From positions 1 through 22,205 of the forward strand of contig JALGVI010000049.1 of assembly GCA_029838215.1 (NCBI GenBank): a stretch of DNA of 22,205 bases, in the 5' to 3' direction. This document shows positions 17,981-22,205 of the stretch, in pieces; position 1 is the first letter of the stretch, and each line of letters opens with the position of its first letter. This DNA comes from Candidatus Helarchaeota archaeon (lineage in GTDB: Archaea > Asgardarchaeota > Lokiarchaeia > Helarchaeales > RDOG01). The translations under genes were made by a program, and so were the position numbers. The notes under the pieces are model-generated. The model saw only the letters and a program-made list of their open reading frames with translations, was not told the origin of the DNA and did not search any database.

Positions 17981-18125
17981 TAATAGATTCTCAAGTTGAT
18001 GAAATAAAAAATCTTGAATTTCATTCACGGACTTTTTGAAGGACTAAAATTAAAATAACCATCATGAGGTAAGATTGTTTCTCTGAATTGAATGCATTTT
18101 TTCGTGAGAAAAAGGTGAAGAAGAT

Positions 18126-18317
18126 TCATTTAGGACCCGCGGCATAAAAATAGTTCTGTTGGTTGTCAATAAGTAAGTAATCCTTGCCATTCTTGTATAT
18201 TACTTCAATGCCCTTCGATTCAGCCATTTCTTTAAGATCTTCCAACGAAGAAAGATGAAAATCGGCTGCTTTTTGCATGTCAAAATACGCCTTCTTTACA
18301 TTGATTATAACGACCAT
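18126..18317 (-). CDS. Small hypothetical protein (63 aa), paralog of the upstream gene's C-terminal domain
   Basis: ATG start 15 nt after the upstream stop. It aligns without gaps to residues 57-115 of the 18333 ORF with 20/59 identities (counted by hand). Confidence 0.7.
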   Translation of the reverse strand: MVVIINVKKAYFDMQKAADFHLSSLEDLKEMAESKGIEVIYKNGKDYLLIDNQQNYFYAAGPK

Positions 18318-18332
18318 TTTAATCAGCTGGCA

Positions 18333-18662
18333 TTATTCTTTGGAGTAATACCACACCCAGCGGTTGTCCTTAAAGAAATACCGTTTCTTGTGGTGATATA
18401 TGGCTTCAATTTTTAAAAGCTTGGCTAAATCAATCATATCTTGCAAATTTTCTAACTGAAAATCGCACTTCTGATCGGGACTCCAAAGCATCTTCTTGAC
18501 CTCTATGATTTTAGGGAGTCCTTCTGTAGTCAACCCGGATTCATCCTTTGGTTTTATCTTGTCTTCCTTCTTATCGTTTTTCTTCTCTGTTTCTTCTTCA
18601 ATATCTACTTCAACTTCGTCCTTAGATTCTTTTTTCTTGTCGGTAATTTTTACCACTTCCAT
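18333..18662 (-). CDS. Hypothetical protein: charged low-complexity N-terminus plus ~59-aa domain shared with the downstream gene
   Basis: E/K/D-rich N-terminus, then KIIEVKK...DFQLENLQD...IEAIY...Y...DN...YY. ATG at 18662 preferred over TTG at 18680. Confidence 0.72.
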   Translation of the reverse strand: MEVVKITDKKKESKDEVEVDIEEETEKKNDKKEDKIKPKDESGLTTEGLPKIIEVKKMLWSPDQKCDFQLENLQDMIDLAKLLKIEAIYHHKKRYFFKDNRWVWYYSKE

Positions 18663-18706
18663 TTTTGATTCGGAATTCAATTAAGAATTCAATTTAAATG
18701 AAATAA

Positions 18707-18719
18707 TTTAAAGCTTTAA
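18707..18719. promoter_or_regulatory. Perfect palindrome TTAAAGCTTTAA, candidate back-to-back TATA boxes of a divergent promoter
   Basis: 12-bp palindrome at 18708-18719, in the short intergenic region between divergent genes (18662 minus, 18748 plus). Confidence 0.3.
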
Positions 18720-18747
18720 GTAAACGTTCCATTCTTTAAATGAATCG

Positions 18748-19476
18748 GTGCTTCACGTGTCGTTGTTCACAAATAAGGGAAATCCTGTCGAACCAAAACC
18801 GGCTGCATCTGTATTGATAATTCGTTCCACGGATGCATCCTTGGAAGTTTTTCTCATCAGACGAAATCCAAAAATGAAGTTTCTTGGCGGATATCATGCA
18901 TTTCCCGGCGGAAAAATCGAACCGGGGGATATTTCCGAAGAAGCATTTTCACGTTGTCGAGGAATCAACCAAGAGGAAGCAAAACGCATTTTAAACGAAA
19001 AACGCGATAGGACAAAACATCCTAATGCACTTGGTTTTTGGACCGCCTGCATTCGGGAAGTTTTTGAAGAAACGGGTCTGCTTTATTGTTATGATGACAA
19101 AGGAAATTTGATTCAATACAATTCAGAAGCCAGAAAAAAGCGGTTTCAGCAGTATCAGGTAGCATTAAACCAGAAGGAACTGAAAATAAGCGACATCTTG
19201 ATTCGTGAAGATTTATATTATGCCGTGGATCAGTTTAATCATTTCAACCATTTTGTCACGCCCGATTTATCGCCAATCCGGTTTGACACGCATTTTTTCA
19301 TTGCAAGATTGATCTTAAATCAGGAGATTAATCCTTCGCGTGGAGAGATCGCCAGCTCAGAATGGATGACACCCCAAGAAGCATTAAGGAGATATAAGAA
19401 GGGAGAAATTAAAATGATCCTCCCGCAGATATCCTGCCTAAAAAAATTGGCACGTGGCTCTTTTCAACTCAGGTAA
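18748..19476 (+). CDS. NUDIX hydrolase, Nudt19-like (split Nudix box)
   Basis: PAASVLIIR, VFLIRR, FPGGKIEPGD, then a 41-residue spacer before REVFEETG, and TP...RFDTHFF. Start GTG at 18748 or 18757. Confidence 0.85.
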   Translation: MLHVSLFTNKGNPVEPKPAASVLIIRSTDASLEVFLIRRNPKMKFLGGYHAFPGGKIEPGDISEEAFSRCRGINQEEAKRILNEKRDRTKHPNALGFWTACIREVFEETGLLYCYDDKGNLIQYNSEARKKRFQQYQVALNQKELKISDILIREDLYYAVDQFNHFNHFVTPDLSPIRFDTHFFIARLILNQEINPSRGEIASSEWMTPQEALRRYKKGEIKMILPQISCLKKLARGSFQLR

Positions 19477-19808
19477 GGAATGACACAAAGAAACACGAAT
19501 TCATCTGAACTCTCGTTTTTATAACCGTGCGACTCGAAAGGTGCGATGAAAATCACATCTCCTTCCTTTACAGGAACATCGTTCGCATTATCGTCAATTA
19601 AAGTGCCTTCTCCTTTCAAGACGAAAATTTCGTGTTCTTCAGGATGTGAATGAAATCCTATAACGCCACCAGGCAGGATCTTGAAACGACGCATGGCAAA
19701 ACGACGTGCACCGTCTTCTTTTGTCAATAACCATTGGATGGTCGTATTTTTTGATTCATACATGGTAACGTCTTCTTCTACAACGTCTTTATAATCCTTT
19801 TTGATCAT
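19464..19808 (-). CDS. Cupin domain protein
   Basis: Metal-binding cupin motifs FHSHPEEHEIFVLKGEG and GDVIFIAPFESHGY. Its 3' end overlaps the convergent NUDIX gene by 13 nt. Confidence 0.88.
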   Translation of the reverse strand: MIKKDYKDVVEEDVTMYESKNTTIQWLLTKEDGARRFAMRRFKILPGGVIGFHSHPEEHEIFVLKGEGTLIDDNANDVPVKEGDVIFIAPFESHGYKNESSDEFVFLCVIPYLS

Positions 19809-19968
19809 TTAATCACGTCATCAAAATAGTCCCGATTTCTAACAACCAATAACAAGCTCAAGTTAATTGAAAATGGCATTAACTAATAAATGATATGTTA
19901 AAAACGTGAAAACCTTCTCATTTTTATAAGATCAAGAAATATGTGACGAAAAGACTGGAGATGTTTTC

Positions 19969-20775
19969 TTGTTTCATACGATATATCTAATTAATGAAGC
20001 GGGCATTTGCATCTACGAGCGGCATTATGTCGAAAATAAACTCGATCCCGATTTGGTTACGGGGTTCATGAATGCCGTGGGATCTTTCGCCAAAGAGGCA
20101 TTCTTAAGTGGTCTACAATCAATGGAACTTGAGGACAATAAAAGACTCATCTATGGAATCGACTCAAAGAATCGTCTCCTTGCGGCAGCATTAGCAGATC
20201 AAGTAGATCATCCTAAATTACAGGAAAGAATCCTTCAACAAGTCATTGAAGCTTTTTTACACGATTACGAGCAAACATTAAATGATGTCGTGAAGCCAAA
20301 AGTTTATGAGGGGTTCACGGAAAAACTCGATAAGATCATTAAAAGAAGGGTTCGCAAACGGGGAAAACTTCAATTTGGTCTTGCGTGCGGTCTAAGTCTC
20401 CTTTGTGTCTTTTTACTTGGAGTATTCATGAGTCCATTATTGGATGTTCTGAACAATACTCCTTATAGCATATTGGCAATTTTCATTTTCATCCCTCCCC
20501 CATTGGTTAGCGGTCTTGTTGCGGGAAATCGCAAGAATGGGATTATTGCAAGCACTATAACGCTAATACCATTAATACCACTGTTATTGACTTCAGAGCC
20601 GAGATATTTGGGTCTATTATTTATCACTTTCGTGATAATGTTGCTGATGATCGGAAGTTTATACGTGACTCTCGGCATGCTTACGGGTTTTCTCATCGAG
20701 AGGTTTTATCTTTATCCAATACCTGCAAATCTTGAAAAAAAAGCTGAAAAACATCAGAAAATAAAATCGACCTGA
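19969..20775 (+). CDS. Longin-domain protein with C-terminal ~4-TM membrane domain
   Basis: N-term IYLINEAGICIYERHY...DPDLVTGFMNAVGSFAKE...LQSMEL...LIYG...LAAALAD follows the longin (sedlin/sigma-adaptin/MON1-like) pattern. Hydrophobic segments at about aa 134-158, 165-185, 190-208 and 213-243. TTG start after GGAG. Confidence 0.75.
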   Translation: MFHTIYLINEAGICIYERHYVENKLDPDLVTGFMNAVGSFAKEAFLSGLQSMELEDNKRLIYGIDSKNRLLAAALADQVDHPKLQERILQQVIEAFLHDYEQTLNDVVKPKVYEGFTEKLDKIIKRRVRKRGKLQFGLACGLSLLCVFLLGVFMSPLLDVLNNTPYSILAIFIFIPPPLVSGLVAGNRKNGIIASTITLIPLIPLLLTSEPRYLGLLFITFVIMLLMIGSLYVTLGMLTGFLIERFYLYPIPANLEKKAEKHQKIKST

Positions 20776-20961
20776 TTTTCATTCTGTACCGATTATTTTT
20801 CAAGCAATAATACGAATTTTTCCCGAATTTTGAGCATGATATGAGTTTTGCGACATCTAAAAGAAATTAAATTTATGGAATATCTCGCATGTCAGATAGA
20901 AATCAATTTAAAAAGAAAATGCAAAAGTGAAAGACAATCTATAAACACGTGGTGGAAATCG

Positions 20962-22205
20962 ATGAAAACGATGAAAAAAGAAACCATCATGAAAATACTC
21001 ATCATTCTCGGCGTCGCCATGATGATCGGAGGTCCCGCCGTAAGTTTTTTTACATCGCTCAGCGGCGTTAAAATGACACCGATTTCATATCAGACAGAGG
21101 ACGGCGTGATTTTGAGTGGAATGATCTATGAACAATCGCTTTTCGGTCCATTTAGTCCCTCTGGTCAACACTCGACGGCTCCGTTGATCGTTACTCTCCA
21201 CGGCATCAATTGCAATTTTCAGTTCATGAATCAAATAAACATAGAGCTGGCACGGCACGGATATGTTGTCCTGAGTTTTTCGCAGCGCGGGCACGGCTTG
21301 AGCACGGGAGAGAATACGTTTATAGGTCTTGAAGTAATGGACATGCATAATTTCACGACTTATGTTCAAGACAATTATGCAAGCACGTTCAATATAATGG
21401 CAAATAGCGTTGCATTCATTGGACACTCTCTTGGAGCTTATACTACGGCTTGTTCTTCAGCACTTCCATACAGGTCGGGAACCTACGTAAACGCATCAAT
21501 CCCCATTGCCTGTGGCTCTAACATTTCAGCATTGATCAATGAGCGAGTTCCAATTCCCCAAATCTTGCTCTACATGATGGGTTGGAAAGTGAATATCAAG
21601 GATATAAACGAAGCAGAGATTCGATCCCCGCTTTATTACATTAATTCTTCGATGTATGAAAATTGGACAACGAATTTTTTGGCGATAAATGGAGAATTTG
21701 ATGAATTCTTCACTCAAGATGAGCAAAAAGAAATGGTCGCCGCCGCGGCATATGGAAATTCTACAAGAGCGGATGAGATTCAAGAAGGTGTCGTTTATGG
21801 ATGCAATGAAGTCTTGGGAACAATACCAGATAGAAATAATTCCCGGAAATACACGATGATCCCCGGTGTGGAACATCTCATGGAATGTTTCGTTCCTGAA
21901 ACAACTAATGAAATCATAACTTGGCTTGATTATACTTTCTACGGGACGGTCTATCCCATTGAAGTGGGTCAACAATTCCTCAGATTGGGAGGAGGTCTCA
22001 TCGGAGTATTCGGCATGCTCATCGCACTCCTGCCGTTGATTTCGTATCTCACGATTGCCTTAAAAACGCGTAAGGAAGACGAGTTCTCAAGCGAGGCTTT
22101 AGAATTATTAAATACGAAATCTTTTGTCAAGTGCTACGGCAGTTATTTCATTCCCACGATTTTGGTCGGCGGTGCGGTTCCGTTAATCATCTTGGGACTA
22201 CAGGG
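20962..22205 (+). CDS. Membrane-anchored alpha/beta hydrolase with C-terminal TM region, 3'-truncated by the window edge (absent from ORF track)
   Basis: Translated by hand: MKTMKKETIMKILIILGVAMMIGGPAV (TM/signal), TEDGVILSG, VTLHG, ELARHGYVVL, QRGHG, nucleophile GHSLG, INGEFDE, PGVEHLME, then hydrophobic GGGLIGVFGMLIALLPLISYL. No stop before 22205. GGTGG lies upstream of ATG 20962. Confidence 0.87.
   Translation, partial: MKTMKKETIMKILIILGVAMMIGGPAVSFFTSLSGVKMTPISYQTEDGVILSGMIYEQSLFGPFSPSGQHSTAPLIVTLHGINCNFQFMNQINIELARHGYVVLSFSQRGHGLSTGENTFIGLEVMDMHNFTTYVQDNYASTFNIMANSVAFIGHSLGAYTTACSSALPYRSGTYVNASIPIACGSNISALINERVPIPQILLYMMGWKVNIKDINEAEIRSPLYYINSSMYENWTTNFLAINGEFDEFFTQDEQKEMVAAAAYGNSTRADEIQEGVVYGCNEVLGTIPDRNNSRKYTMIPGVEHLMECFVPETTNEIITWLDYTFYGTVYPIEVGQQFLRLGGGLIGVFGMLIALLPLISYLTIALKTRKEDEFSSEALELLNTKSFVKCYGSYFIPTILVGGAVPLIILGLQ

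Noticed and set aside
19464-19476. 13-nt 3' overlap of the convergent NUDIX and cupin genes
   Set aside because: Short tail-to-tail overlaps are common in compact archaeal genomes, and nothing suggests a special function.
20340-20400. Possible SNARE motif between the longin and TM parts of the 19969-20775 protein
   Set aside because: The linker is only about 10 residues and basic, with no room for a ~60-aa heptad SNARE coil. It is not called a SNARE.
21085-21975. Minus-strand ORFs of 113 and 149 aa listed in the track
   Set aside because: They are antisense to the uninterrupted plus-strand alpha/beta hydrolase starting at 20962.

Overview
A 22.2-kb, AT-rich, densely coding archaeal window, most consistent with an Asgard archaeon. 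The basis for that is a Rab-like small GTPase, two longin-type proteins, MfnA, CCG/HdrD-like proteins and GGTGG/GGAG-type ribosome-binding sites; the taxonomy is an inference. From left to right it holds: (1) a three-gene minus-strand operon, HPS-RraA fusion -> ketopantoate reductase -> MfnA-type PLP decarboxylase; (2) an HdrD/GlpC-like 4Fe-4S/CCG protein and a small Cys-containing V4R-like protein; (3) an M28/PA/PKD peptidase, a DUF4140/DUF4139 protein and a degenerate GH106-like protein; (4) a GNAT, a membrane alpha/beta hydrolase and a LutB-CCG fusion; (5) a eukaryotic-signature neighbourhood with a Rab-like GTPase translationally coupled to a uDENN/longin plus helical-repeat protein, a tandem pair of unknown ~59-aa-domain paralogs and a membrane-anchored longin; (6) a Nudt19-like NUDIX, a cupin and an open-ended membrane alpha/beta hydrolase that the ORF track misses. 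I saw no rRNA, tRNA, CRISPR array or mobile element. The top leads are a possible formaldehyde-based PanB bypass in the hps-rraA/panE/mfnA operon and the GTPase-longin module. All family calls come from motif recognition by eye; no database searches were run.
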